This document shows, piece by piece, positions 25,000-36,419 of a stretch of DNA of 56,751 nucleotides. The notes beneath the pieces are model-generated. The model was not told the origin of the DNA. It saw only the letters and a list, made by a program, of their open reading frames with translations, and did no database searches. A program made the translations under genes and the position numbers. This DNA is from Octopus bimaculoides (taxonomy: Eukaryota): NCBI RefSeq assembly GCF_001194135.2, contig NC_068987.1, positions 90,910,246 to 90,966,996 on the forward strand, given 5' to 3'. The first letter of the stretch is position 1. Each line of letters opens with the position of its first letter.

Positions 25000-25227
25000 T
25001 TAACTCTTTAGCATTCAGATTACTCTGTCAAATGTAATCCTTATTTATCCATAACCTTTTGAATTAATCCTCCGTTATCTTGTAACTTTGAGATTTCAAT
25101 GTTGTGACTGCTTATTTTTAGAATGATGTTGTAGAGTTGGTGTGAAAAGCCAGATCTGGCCAGTTTGAACATAAAACAGACTTTCAGAATAACCAAAATA
25201 CAGCTGGTTTCAATGCTAAAAGGTTAA
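25000..25227. mobile_element. piggyBac-type MITE (TTAA TSD)
   Basis: TTAA-ctctttagcatt ... aatgctaaaagg-TTAA. Confidence 0.8.
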
Positions 25228-26563
25228 AATTAAAAAAAAACAAAGCAGGTAATTGTCATTGCCTGTTTTTTAGATTCTAAACTGCCTTTAGAGTTTCTGT
25301 TTACTCATTGCAGGGATAATCTCTGTTAATCAAGTTTTTCAACTCGCTCTGTTTCATAGGTGAGACCTATTTTATTGTTGTTGACCTGTGATAGTTCATT
25401 TGTTGGAGCAACTTGTATGGTCCCTAATTTTGTTTGTCCATTCTGAAAAAAACTCTATTTTTGAGGAACACAACACAATGGCTGCTGTAGTGAAATTTGA
25501 ACTCTTGAACATCGTGACTGAATCGTCACAGATTCTACTACCTGAGTACATTGGACTGATTTATTATTATTGTACTCATCAGCCCAGGGCACTTAACCTC
25601 ATAGCAATCGTGTCTCCTTACATAGCAAGGAAATAAACATGGGCAGTCACTGTTAATATCAACCACCAGGTATGACTGTAACTGGACTCCAACATAAACT
25701 TAGCCATGATGGCTGAAATGAACTAAAGAACTAATATACTTTTTTTTTTTTTTTATCTCACATCACTAACTTACATCTCTGTGTTTCTGTATGAATTAGT
25801 CTGATTGTAATAATATATATACATATATATATTTAGTATTTGGTTGTCACATAAATTCATTTGTGTTTTTCTACTTGGCACTCCATTGTCTTTTGTTTGA
25901 AAAGCAGTAAAATTTATTGAAATTTCAAAATTAATAAACAAATGTTGAAGAAAGAGAACAGCACTACAAAAAAAAAATATATTTTGAGTTAATCCAAATA
26001 ACACAGGAAATGATTAAAATAAATGAAAAAGAANNNNNNNNNNNNNNNNNNNNNNNNNNNNNNNNNNNNNNNNNNNNNNNNNNNNNNNNNNNNNNNNNNN
26101 NNNNNNNNNNNNNNNNNNNNNNNNNNNNNNNNNNNNNNNNNNNNNNNNNNNNNNNNNNNNNNNNNNNNNNNNNNNNNNNNNNNNNNNNNNNNNNNNNNNN
26201 NNNNNNNNNNNNNNNNNNNNNNNNNNNNNNNNNNNNNNNNNNNNNNNNNNNNNNNNNNNNNNNNNNNNNNNNNNNNNNNNNNNNNNNNNNNNNNNNNNNN
26301 NNNNNNNNNNNNNNNNNNNNNNNNNNNNNNNNNNNNNNNNNNNNNNNNNNNNNNNNNNNNNNNNNNNNNNNNNNNNNNNNNNNNNNNNNNNNNNNNNNNN
26401 NNNNAACTTTAGAGTCCAGCAACTCTGGAGTCCAGCAACTCTGGAGTCCAGTTATGGAAGTAACCAAAAAATCCAAAATAAATTGTTTTTAAGCTTGACA
26501 TTAAAAATGTAAATAAAAATATTTTTAAGCTCGCCATGGAATTCTTGAAACTTTTATTAATCT

Positions 26564-26775
26564 TTAACCCTTTAGCATTTAAACCGGCCCCATCTGGCCC
26601 AAATATTCTATTTTATGGTGAGACTGACCTGATCTGGTCCCTCTCACCTATTTTACAATGTAATTCTAAAAAATAACTGACCACATCATCAAAGTCTCAA
26701 TGTCTGATAAATTGAAAACAATTTGCATAAATAAGCATTACATTTGACGGAATAATTTGAATGCCAAAGGGTTAA
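26564..26775. mobile_element. piggyBac-type MITE (TTAA TSD), same family in opposite orientation
   Basis: TTAA-ccctttagcatt ... aatgccaaaggg-TTAA. Internal sequence is the reverse complement of 25000-25227. Confidence 0.82.
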
Positions 26776-27499
26776 TGTATTGAAAGAAGTGGTTGTCTTC
26801 ATGTGATGACTCAAATGGTGTACGAGAGGAGTACTTCTCATATTTGAGGGAGCTTTGAAAAAAAGGAGCAGACAAATGGCCCTGTTTAATAAAATAGAGA
26901 TGGTTACCAACATTACCATTCTGAAGAAATTAGAATTATCTGGAGTGGAGCTGGTGGTTATGTCATGGATGAGGTCGTGAATGATGACAAAAGGACTGAC
27001 AAACTTGGTTTGATTGATTAACTGAGCAATTAATCAATCGTCTAGCCTAGGGTATAGTAGAATGTAATTGCCCGAGGTACCTGCAGTGGGATTGAACCAA
27101 GACCACAAGGTTAGAAAACGATCTTAATACAGTCACACTTGTACCTGTGTTTAAGGCCAGCTCTTATCAAACAAATAATCAAAGACATTCCAAATTTGAC
27201 CATCCCCTCTTTCTGTATATTTACGACTAGTGTTTAAAGTTTCCTTCCTGTTTTAAGATAATAGGATGTGATTGAAGGGAATTTGGCTGTTATTTTTAGG
27301 TCAAGTGATTCGTTAGTTGTTTCTATAACTCTAAAAATGTAAGGCTGTTTAGTGGAGTTCATCCCTGTCCAACTACACTCACTGTAGTAAATAGAGTAGA
27401 ATTGAGGAGTATTTTTAGAATTTCCTGTCTATAGAGGGGAGTTTGTACCTGTCTTGTAACAGAAATATACAAAACAAAGTGGACGTAATATATGTAGTA

Positions 27500-27790
27500 G
27501 GTTCAGGTGTGGTAAGAGGCTTCCCAACCACATTGTTAAGGGTTCAGTTCCAGTGCATGGCACCTAGAGCAAGTGTCTTCTAATATAGCCTTGGGCTGAC
27601 CAAAAGCCTTGTGAGTGGATTTGGTAGACAGAAACTGAAAGAAATGTCACGTGTGTTTGTGTCATTGTATCTGCCCCACCCCCACTGCTTGACAACTGAT
27701 ATTGGTGTGTTTATGTCTCCATAACTTAGCAGTTCAGCAAAAGTGATCAATAGAATAAATACTAGGCTTAAAAAATGAGTCCTAGGATCG
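27500..27790 (+). mobile_element. Family A SINE (CpG-decayed)
   Basis: Colinear with the 2038 copy, with CpG to TpG/CpA changes. Confidence 0.8.
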
Positions 27791-28399
27791 GTTTCATCAT
27801 CATCATCCAGTGTTTTAAATCCAGGTTTTGTCCCCAGTTAACGGGGGTAGCTGGATCTACCTCAATGCCACAGCAACCGGGGTAGGCAGGTGCAGCCCAC
27901 CCCAACCTTTGGGCTAGCTGGTGCCCATTCTCCTTTGCTATCATGAGGCCTTTTTGGAACAGGATTTTCTACAGGTAGCATGCCCTTGCTTACCCCCAAC
28001 ATCAGTTTCTAGACATGAGTGGTCCTGAGACCAAGACCTCTACCACAATTTTTAAGAAATGTGGTGGAAAACTAACTCAGAAAGGCAGGGATGCTATGCC
28101 CAGAGACCCCTTTCGGAGTGCCCCTTCAGGATGGTGCCCCAGCGTGGCCACAGTCAAATGACTGAAACAAGTAGAAAGATAAGATATAGAGGAGCAGGTG
28201 AATGTCCCTGTGGCATGTTAAGGTGTGTTGGTCATGGATATAGAATGTTATCTTTTGTGCAGGTCATTAAATATTTGATCAGTTGGGCCAGACATGCAAT
28301 GAGTGACCTTAAAAAGGAGGTTTTTGTTGTGGATTAAAATAAATTTGTTATGTTGTACAGGAGGAGGGGGGAGTTGGTGGTTACTTGACAATTGTGAAA

Positions 28400-28670
28400 T
28401 TTGATATGAGAGAGGGGGAAGGGAAGAGACAGAAGGAGAGAGAAAGGAAGAGACAGAAAGAGGGCGAAGGGAAGAGACAAAAAGAGAGAGAAGGGAAGAG
28501 ACAAAGAAGGCAGGAAAGAGACAGTAAGAGAGAGGGATAAGGGAAGAGACAGAAAGAGGAAGGGAGAAGGGAAGAGACTGAAAGAGGAAGAAGGAATGAT
28601 ACAGTAAGAGAGGGATAAGGGGAGAGACAAAAAGAGGGAGAAGTGAAGAGAGAGGAAGAGAGAAAGAGAG
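28400..28670. repeat. GA-rich (polypurine) low-complexity tract
   Basis: Repeated gggaagagac..aaagag units. Confidence 0.85.
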
Positions 28671-28689
28671 TTTACCATTTCTTTTTTTT

Positions 28690-29030
28690 TCAGTTAAACC
28701 TTTTTGTTGATTTAGTCATTGGGCTGGTCATGCTGGAGCACCTCGAAATGTTTCTATCAATCTCTCATGCTGAGTCACTAAGTTACTGGGATGTCAACAA
28801 ACTAACAGCAGTTGCCAAGTGGTGTGTTTGTGTGTGTGTGTGGGATAAATGTCGACACAAAGACATGCATGTACACATACACACATTTATATGTGATGGG
28901 CTTCTCTCAGTTTCCGTCTACCAAATCCACTCCCAAGGCCCAGGGCTATAATAAAAGACACTTGCCAAAAGTGATGTGCACAGGGATTGAACCCTGCAAT
29001 GTGAGTTTCTTAACCACACAGCCATACCTG
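28690..29030 (-). mobile_element. Family A SINE
   Basis: cttctctcagtttccgtctaccaaatccactc...gacacttgcc. Confidence 0.75.
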
Positions 29031-29280
29031 TGCCAAAATACCTGCAGATTTACATCTACTTTGCTTTACTGTTTACAGTCATTGGACTGCGACCATGCTG
29101 GGGCACTGCCTGTACGATATTTTGCCAATCACTCCTGTCTGGTACATATTTTATTGATTTGTGGTTATTGAATATCTTGGTTTTGTTTCCATATAAGGGA
29201 CACTGCTGGTCTGACTGCTTTACACACATGATGATGATGATATATACACATATGTACACAAACATACCCAATTTTCATGT

Positions 29281-29440
29281 ACAGGCATGGCTGTATGGTA
29301 AGAAGCTTGCTTTCCAACCACATGGTTCTGGGTTCAGTCCCATTGCGTGGCACCTTGGGCAAGTGTCTTCCACTATGGCCTCAGGCTGACCAAAGCCTTG
29401 TGAGTGGATTTGATAAATGGAAACTGAAAGAAGCCTGTCG

Positions 29441-29475
<35 letters not shown>

Positions 29476-29690
29476 ATTTGTGTGTCTGTGTTTGTTCCCC
29501 CACCATCACTTGACAACTGATGTTGGTGTGTTTACGTGCCTGTAACTTAGTGGTTTGGCAAAAGGGTCTGATAGAATAAGTACTAGGCTTACAAAGAATA
29601 AGTCCTGCTGTCGATTTGTTTGAGTAAAAAAAAAAAAAGAAAGGCGGTGCTCCAGCATGGCTGCAGTCAAATAAAAGAATAAGAGAAAGT
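29281..29690 (+). mobile_element. Family A SINE, full length
   Basis: Head, microsatellite and tail through gtgctccagcatggctgcagtcaaataaaagaata. Confidence 0.88.
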
Positions 29691-29889
29691 CAGCCACAGG
29701 CAAGAATAGAAAACCCCTTGTTTTGAAATGAGCTTTGCCTGCCCCTGTTATGTGTGAGTATGCAGTGGCCCCGCAACAAAATTTGCTTGTGGGGTGCAAA
29801 CCCAGGCCCAAATTTTTTAATGAAAAATGTTGATTTTTATCAATGTCAATATTAAAACAAATGCAGGTATAATAATATTTTTTTAATAT

Positions 29890-30300
29890 ATTGAGGGTTG
29901 ACTGAAAATGTTCATAGGCAGGGGAAGACACTCTCATGGAATGGGACCAAATGAAGTTCATTTTTTAATGTAGTTCTTCTCTTATTGTCCACACACTTCC
30001 ATAAGTAGTTGCAGTGTTTGGATCGCACTGGTCGAAGGAGCTATTCTGTTGGTCAAAATGGTCATCAACAGCAGATAAGATTTCATCATCACAGTGATGC
30101 TGGTGCCCAGCCGAGTGTTTTTCTATGTTGGGAAACAGATGATGACCAGATGGAACCAAATCACTAACATAAGGAGGGGTGATCAACCAGTTCGAAGCCA
30201 GTCATGCACAGCAACCATTGAGACTAAGGACTTGTGTGCTGAAGCATTATCCTAATGAAACAAGACCCTATTCATCGGTTTTTCTGGATGTTTGGTCTTT
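29890..30300 (-). mobile_element. mariner transposase 3' remnant with TIR
   Basis: VLFH*DNASAHKS...PPYVSDLVPSGHHLFPNIEKH (HPPYSPDLAPSD motif). TIR-like gagggttgactgaaaatgttc at ~29893. Confidence 0.8.
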
Positions 30301-30379
30301 CTTTGTATGCAACCAAATTAGGCTTGGATAATGCTTAGATATTGGTGTCTAGTCTTGGGAGGTTCTGTGACAAATTCAT

Positions 30380-30960
30380 AAGAGAAATGGAAAGAACACT
30401 GCGGTCAGGAAAAGTAAATAGGAAGAGGATTGGTGTGAAACAAAACCGAGACATGAATCTACACTCAGTTTGTGATGGTGAACTGATTTATGCACAAAGG
30501 AGTAGTGATACTTGAAACACTTGAGTAATGATACTTGAAACACTATGAAAGGAAATGTTGAGAGAGTATCATGTTGCACATCCTGGTATTTCGAGGATGG
30601 AAGCTTTAATGTGCAGCTACGAGTTCTGGCCAAAAATGGATGCAGAAATCGGAAATTTGGTGAAAGGATGTGAGGTGATATAAAAAGTATTGTTATTAAA
30701 AGAAATAAAGTGACACTCTCTTAGAAAAACAAATGAACAGAGCAAACCCCCAAAAGCGCTCTGTTTGGGACAGCTAGGATTTTGAGATTGGCACTTGGAT
30801 GTCAGTGTTATTTTCATTTTTGTGTAATATAGATGACAATACCAAAGTAAGAAATCTCTACAGACTATGAATCCACAAATACTTTCCACTTTACAAGATT
30901 GAAGGACAACCCTGAATCACAAGACTAAGATATAAGAAATTCACAATCAAGCAAAGCAAA
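30380..30960 (+). mobile_element. Ty3/Gypsy LTR-retrotransposon integrase remnant (H2C2 zinc-binding region)
   Basis: SVCDGELIYAQR...KEMLREYHVAHPGISRMEALMCSYEFWPKMDAEIGNLVKGC. Confidence 0.75.
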
Positions 30961-31236
30961 TGTGTATTTGTAACATCAGCTGCCACCTGGAGACCCAAAT
31001 CATTACGATTTATTTCTGTACAACTCCAACAGATCGGCTAAAGGCAGTGCTCCAGCATGGTCATAGTCAAATGACTGAAGCAAATAAAAGAATATACTTG
31101 TATATAGTCTGATTCTGTTTTAGTTCACTTCTGCTGCTAACACTCTAGAGAAAACCAAACCCATATTCATCGTCATAACTCCATGCTATGTCATTATTGC
31201 TAACCTCAAAGTATAACTGGTATATCAGTTACATCT

Positions 31237-31279
<43 letters not shown>

Positions 31280-31284
<5 letters not shown>

Positions 31285-31447
31285 TAACATCGAAAAATAA
31301 CTTGGGAATGAGAAACCAAGTTCGAAATTTCCCCAAGATACCTGATGAAGGCTGGAGGGTATATCAACTGAAATGTTGTGTTAACAACAAACAAGATGAG
31401 GACAAATATCCATCAAATGTAAATAATGTACATAATTCCTCATCTCT
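31280..31447 (+). mobile_element. Penelope-type repeat with hammerhead-like motif (31337-31382), preceded by (AAT)n
   Basis: Colinear with the right arm of the 24.3-24.6 kb palindrome. Confidence 0.75.
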
Positions 31448-31625
31448 CACTTAAAATAGCTTTGCTGGGAAACCACATCATCTAAAGGAAATACCAAAGA
31501 GAAAAATGACTTCTAAGCTTTGAACAAGATTCAAATAACTTCCTGGTCTTCATTTTGGTGTATATTTGTAGGAAATAGGTTTTATCTAGCCTTGGAATGA
31601 ATTGTAAAGCACTACTGTCCTAACT

Positions 31626-32278
31626 CAGTGATTCTCAACCATTGTTAACCTCTGGAAGCCACTGGTTCTTATTTTCCATGGGTGGACACTCAGAGCTGTT
31701 TGATGGTTTTAAAAAATCCTATCATAATTTTTAATTGAATATTAGGAATTATATTAAAAAAATCAAAATATTTGACGTATTGTAGAAGTATGGCCAGTTT
31801 ATTGAAGAATAAATTTTTCCCGTTGCCAGTACCGTCTGACTGAGCGTGGCCGTTGCCAGTACCGCCTGACTGGCCTTCGTAGGATTTTCGAGCGAGATCG
31901 TTGCCAGTGCCCCTGGACTGGCTCTTGTGCGGGTGGCACATAAAATACACCATTTTGAGCGTGGCCGTTGCCAGTACCGCCTGAGTGGCCTTCATGCCGG
32001 TGGCACGTAAAAGCACCCACTACACTCTCTGAGTGGTTGGCGTTAGGAAGGGCATCCAGCTGTAGAAACTCTGCCAAATCAGATTGGAGCCTGGTGTAGC
32101 CATCCGGTTTCACCAGTCCTCAGTCAAATCGTCCAACCCATGCTAGCATCGAAAGCGGACGTTAAATGATAATGATGATGATGATGATGATGATCATATG
32201 GACTGCTAAAAGTAATATGGACCCCTAAAAGTAATATGGACCTCTAAAAGTAATATGAACCCTGGTTGAGAACCACTG
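31626..32278. mobile_element. hAT-family MITE with internal ~20-bp tandem repeats and a nested retroposon
   Basis: TIRs cagtgattctcaacc / ggttgagaaccactg. Imperfect 8-bp flanks tcctaact / gtctaact. Three copies of atatggacccctaaaagta near 32196-32260. Confidence 0.7.
31820..32193 (+). mobile_element. Family C RTE-type element nested in a hAT MITE, with internal tandem duplication
   Basis: Same sequence as 13153-13540 in the opposite orientation. The unit cgttgccagtaccg.ctgac is duplicated at its 5' end. Confidence 0.85.
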
Positions 32279-32781
32279 GTCTAACTGCCAGGGACGAAAG
32301 GGTGAGAGGAAACGATTGTGTAGTTTACGTGTATTCACATATGAAACTTATGTACACACACACACACTCACAAAAGACATGCACAGATATACATGCATAC
32401 ACAAACACTCATACAGACAGACACACATACACACACACAAAGGCTCACACACATACACACATAAACACATGCACACACACAAACACATACATACACAAAG
32501 GCACATACTGTTTTGTTTGACATTACTTATATATATATATGTCACTTTCCTTGTCTTCATTGTAAACTAATAAAAAGAGGTTGTCTGTCAGTTTATCCTC
32601 TCCTTTTCTCTTCTTCTTCTTGTAACTCAGGCAGAGAGAGAGAGAGAGAGAGAGAGAAAGCATAAAACAGTTTTTCTAGACATTGTTTGTTTCTTTTGGA
32701 TGATTGTATGAATTCCCGTGCGCAAAACATAGATTTGCAAACACTTTCTGAAGATTCCCAAAAAATAATAACCAGCGATGG

Positions 32782-32824
32782 GTCACGTGGGATGATAAAA
32801 GCAAAATTTCGCCGAAAAATGGCG
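32782..32824. promoter_or_regulatory. Promoter-like segment: E-box/CLEAR-like GTCACGTG (32782-32789) and YY1-like AAAATGGCG (32816-32824)
   Basis: Two housekeeping-promoter motifs within about 45 bp of CpG-rich unique sequence, just beyond the right edge of the CpG-depleted domain. No linked CDS identified. Confidence 0.3.
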
Positions 32825-33129
32825 AACATTGTGATGAGGGAAATAATTCTTTCCAAAGGAAAGGGAGAGAACTCTTGAATTATATTTGAAAGAATAATTA
32901 TTCGTAATTTAAATGCAAGTTATTTAAGTCTGTTGACGCTTTTCCAAGTTGATGTAGCTTCTGTAATTTAGTTCGTTCGTTTTTCTTTCTAAACCCCGAC
33001 AAACTTTAGAGGATAAAAAACGGATGAAGAATGTTATTGTAAGTCAGCTTTGATCCTCTCTTGAGGATTAACTGCTACATCTAGCAGATCAATGACAGAG
33101 GACATGGATTGACTTTATTTTCCAAATGA

Positions 33130-33822
33130 ATTTTTGGGCTGTGTGATTGTAGAAACTCGCTTTGCAACCACGTGGTCCTGGGTTCAGTCCCACTGCGTGG
33201 CACCTTAGACAAATGTGTTCTACTATAGCCTCGGACCCCTAAATGCCTTGTGATTGCCTGCATGTCTCTGTGCCAGAGTTTCTGCCCACTATACCGTCCG
33301 ACAAGTGATGTCGGTTTATTTACGTCCTCGTAACTGAGCGGTTCAGCTTAAGAGATCAATAAAATAAGTACCAAATTAAAATTTAAAAAAAAAAAAATCA
33401 GGCGTAGGAGTGGCTGTGTGGTAAGTAGCTTGCTTACCAACCACATGGTTCTGGGTTCAGTCCCACTGCGTGGCACCTTGGGCAAGTGTCTTCTACTATA
33501 GCCTCGGGCCGCCCAAAGCCTTGTGAGTGGATTTGGAAGACAGAAACCGAAAGAAGCCCGTCGTATATATATATGTATATATATATGTATGTGTGAGTAT
33601 ATGTTTGTGTGTTTGTGTTTGTCGCTCCAGCATCGCTTGACAACCGATGGTGGTGTGTTTACGTCCCGTAACTTAGCGGTTCGGCAAAATAGACCGATAG
33701 AATAAGTACTAGGCTTCCAAAGAATAAGTCCTGGGTTCTATGTGCTCGACTAAAGGCGGTGCTCCAGCATGGCCACAATCAAAATGACTGAAACAAGTAA
33801 AAGAGTAAAAGAGTAAAGAGAG
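33130..33822 (+). mobile_element. Two adjacent family A SINEs (decayed 33130-33375; intact 33401-33822)
   Basis: Two consecutive heads. The second starts ggcgtaggagtggctgtgtgg and ends in a (gagtaaaa)n tail. Confidence 0.88.
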
Positions 33823-34689
33823 TGGTGCCGCAGCATGGCTCCCGTCTATTGACTAAAGCAGTTAAGAATTGTTTTAAGCGCAATTCTCATTACTTTGTTC
33901 TCCTTATTCACAATAAAACAATCGCCTCAGTCATTCAATTAATCTCTTGAATGTATCATTGCTCAATTGTTGCAGACAACAGACGACTCAGTGTAAAACA
34001 TTCTGGCAGTAAAACTTATTAATTCTGCTCAATGGAACATAAAGGCCGACGTAGTTATCTCCCTTTTTTGAAAGATTGCTTTCGTTTTTATTAACGTAGA
34101 CGAAATGTTGTTCTTGTCAACGTGTGGCTCTGTTGAACATTGGGGGTTTATCAACGTTAGCCGTGTCCCAAAAGATTTATTTTGCGCCACGAGGAAACCG
34201 ATAGTTCGAGATGGAATTTGAACTTATAACATCAAGAGTGAGGCTGATACCAGAAAATATCTCATCTGACAATTCCTCCAATCCACCACCATGGATTGTT
34301 ATTTCATTGATTCCACAAGAATGAACAGCAAAATTGAAATGATGGGCGTTTTTACAATCGTGCCAGTTCGCCTGCAAAGTTATTTCGCTGAACTACTCTG
34401 CAATCATAAGAATAAAATTTGAAAGTTGGGTCTTCTATTGGCCTGTGCCTCAAACTTGGTACATGGAGTCAGTAAAAAATCGTCTCTTTTTCATTACTGT
34501 TCTGTATATTTGCAATTGAATCTCTTTTGAGTCTGGCGGATTGAAACGTTGAGAGCTGAATGTACTGGCTGTGAAAGTATTGCAGTTTCCTCTGTCTGTC
34601 TGTATACATATGCATGCATACGTATTGCTCGGTTATCCAAAAGTGTCTGCAGGATAATAACTCTCCATGAGACATGACTCTATCGCAAA

Positions 34690-35150
34690 AACTTCACAGC
34701 GCCATACAAAGGAATGACTGCTCTGACGGTCATGTCACAGGCACACCAGAACTGGAATGCATTCGCACCTATAAAAACACAAAGAATATTGGTAAAACAA
34801 TTCGATAAGAACAGCAACACGGTGTAAACGCATGTTGTTCAATGGATCATAGAGCAAAAGACATGCATTATGGTAGAGATAAACTGCCCAGGAGATGTGA
34901 CTCTTGCATGAAAAACTGTAGGGAAAGAAAACATGGAGAAGTGATGAGAAACCTGCTGCTTTTATATCCAGTCTATAGGTTCTCATTTGTATCGATTATC
35001 TTTGGCGCATTGGGCTACAGAACAACGGATCAGCTTAAAAACCTTGAGAAACGGGTTCTCCGAGAAAGAATGAACCAAACTAATCTGTGATCGCCAAACA
35101 TTGTCAACGAGTAGTACAGATAAAATTTGGAAAACGTTCCGGAGATTCCC
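34690..35150 (+). mobile_element. R4/Dong-like RLE non-LTR retrotransposon C-terminal remnant
   Basis: QKTCIMVEINCPGDVTLA*K ... GEVMRNLLLLYPVYRFSFVSIIFGALGY, resembling the PD-(D/E)xK RLE end of R4/Dong elements. Confidence 0.7.
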
Positions 35151-35319
35151 CATGCGAGTTCCCCCATGTTGAACATGTATGAAAATCGCACCATTCTCCA
35201 GGGAACCCTCTCCATGTGAAATTCCTGGGCCAAGCGTATGCTGAAATCCAGAGATACACATAGAGTGCATGGGCACAGAGTGACGTAATATACGTCTGCA
35301 TGTTATATAATTGCTAACT

Positions 35320-35530
35320 GATTTTAAATTTTGGCACAGGGCCAATAATTTCGGAGGTGGGGGGCTGGGGTGGACTGGAGGGGGTAAGTTGATTACATCG
35401 ACTCCAGTGTTCAACTGGTACCAATTTTATAGACCCCAAAAGGATGAAAAGCGCAGTCGACCTCGACGGAATTTGAACTCAGAACGTAAAGACAAACAAA
35501 GTGCCGCTGTTAAACAATTTGCCTTCCGTG
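35320..35530 (-). mobile_element. Family B (Nin-domain) SINE
   Basis: gaccccaaaaggatgaaaagcgcagtcgacctcgacggaatttgaactcagaacgtaaa matches the 3148-3383 copy. Confidence 0.8.
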
Positions 35531-35913
35531 CCAACGATTCTGTCGGTTTGCGATTTTAATTACTTATTGATACATCGTATGTACTGAAGAGAGTTTCTGA
35601 AGCAGAAGATAAAATTTATGTGACAAGGGAGATAAATCCGTACGTAATTATCAGGAGTTATCGTCCTTGTTTATTAAACAATCGGTAACTGTTGTATTTT
35701 AAAGGTTTAGAAATATACCAAAAGCTAACCAGGTTTATGATAAGTAACTACAGTTGGTGGACGATGAAGTAAAAACTATGAAGATACATACATACAGGCA
35801 CACGCACATAAATACACACATGTACGTACATATATATATATATACATGCATATACATACACACGCATATATATGTATATACATATATGTATATATATGTA
35901 TATATATCTTTGT

Positions 35914-35914
35914 A

Positions 35915-35949
<35 letters not shown>

Positions 35950-35952
35950 GTA

Positions 35953-35997
<45 letters not shown>

Positions 35998-36027
35998 ATC
36001 TGTCTGTTTGTCTGTCTGTCTGCCTGC

Positions 36028-36092
<65 letters not shown>
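35914..36092. repeat. (TCTA)n/(TCTG)n tetranucleotide microsatellite
   Basis: Direct reading of the sequence. Confidence 0.95.
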
Positions 36093-36093
<1 letters not shown>

Positions 36094-36285
36094 GTATATG
36101 AGTACAGTTGTCACGAAAGTGGTGGCGGGTGCTAGTGAGCACTAGCATTGTTGCTTATCGGTTTTAAATTGCGAATAACCTCCTTCATAATTTATATATT
36201 TATATATAACCGAAGTAAGCACATAAATATGAAACAAGGTGGAAAAAAATGAGTACTCAAATACCAGAGGTAGAGCAATATGCTG

Positions 36286-36396
36286 TATTAAAAGCAGCAG
36301 AAATATCACAAAAACTGTTACTCAGAGTTTCGTCCGATGAACGGGAATGTGAAACTCTGAGTAACAATTTTTGTGATATTTCTGTTGCTTTTAATA
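36286..36396. repeat. Near-perfect ~44-bp inverted repeat (hairpin) in a Penelope-type repeat
   Basis: 36288-36331 and 36351-36394 are reverse complements with two mismatches and a 19-nt loop. Confidence 0.85.
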
Positions 36397-36419
36397 AAGT
36401 ACATATATACTTTTACCTG

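Noticed and set aside
26406-26455. 16-bp tandem repeat (gagtccagcaactctg, about 2.5 copies) next to a gap
   Set aside because: No spacers, so not CRISPR-like; a short minisatellite or gap-edge artefact.
34100-34400. 66-aa minus-strand ORF (..EITIHGGGLEELSDEIFSG..)
   Set aside because: Faint resemblance to a very old RTE RT region; too degraded to call as either a gene or a TE.
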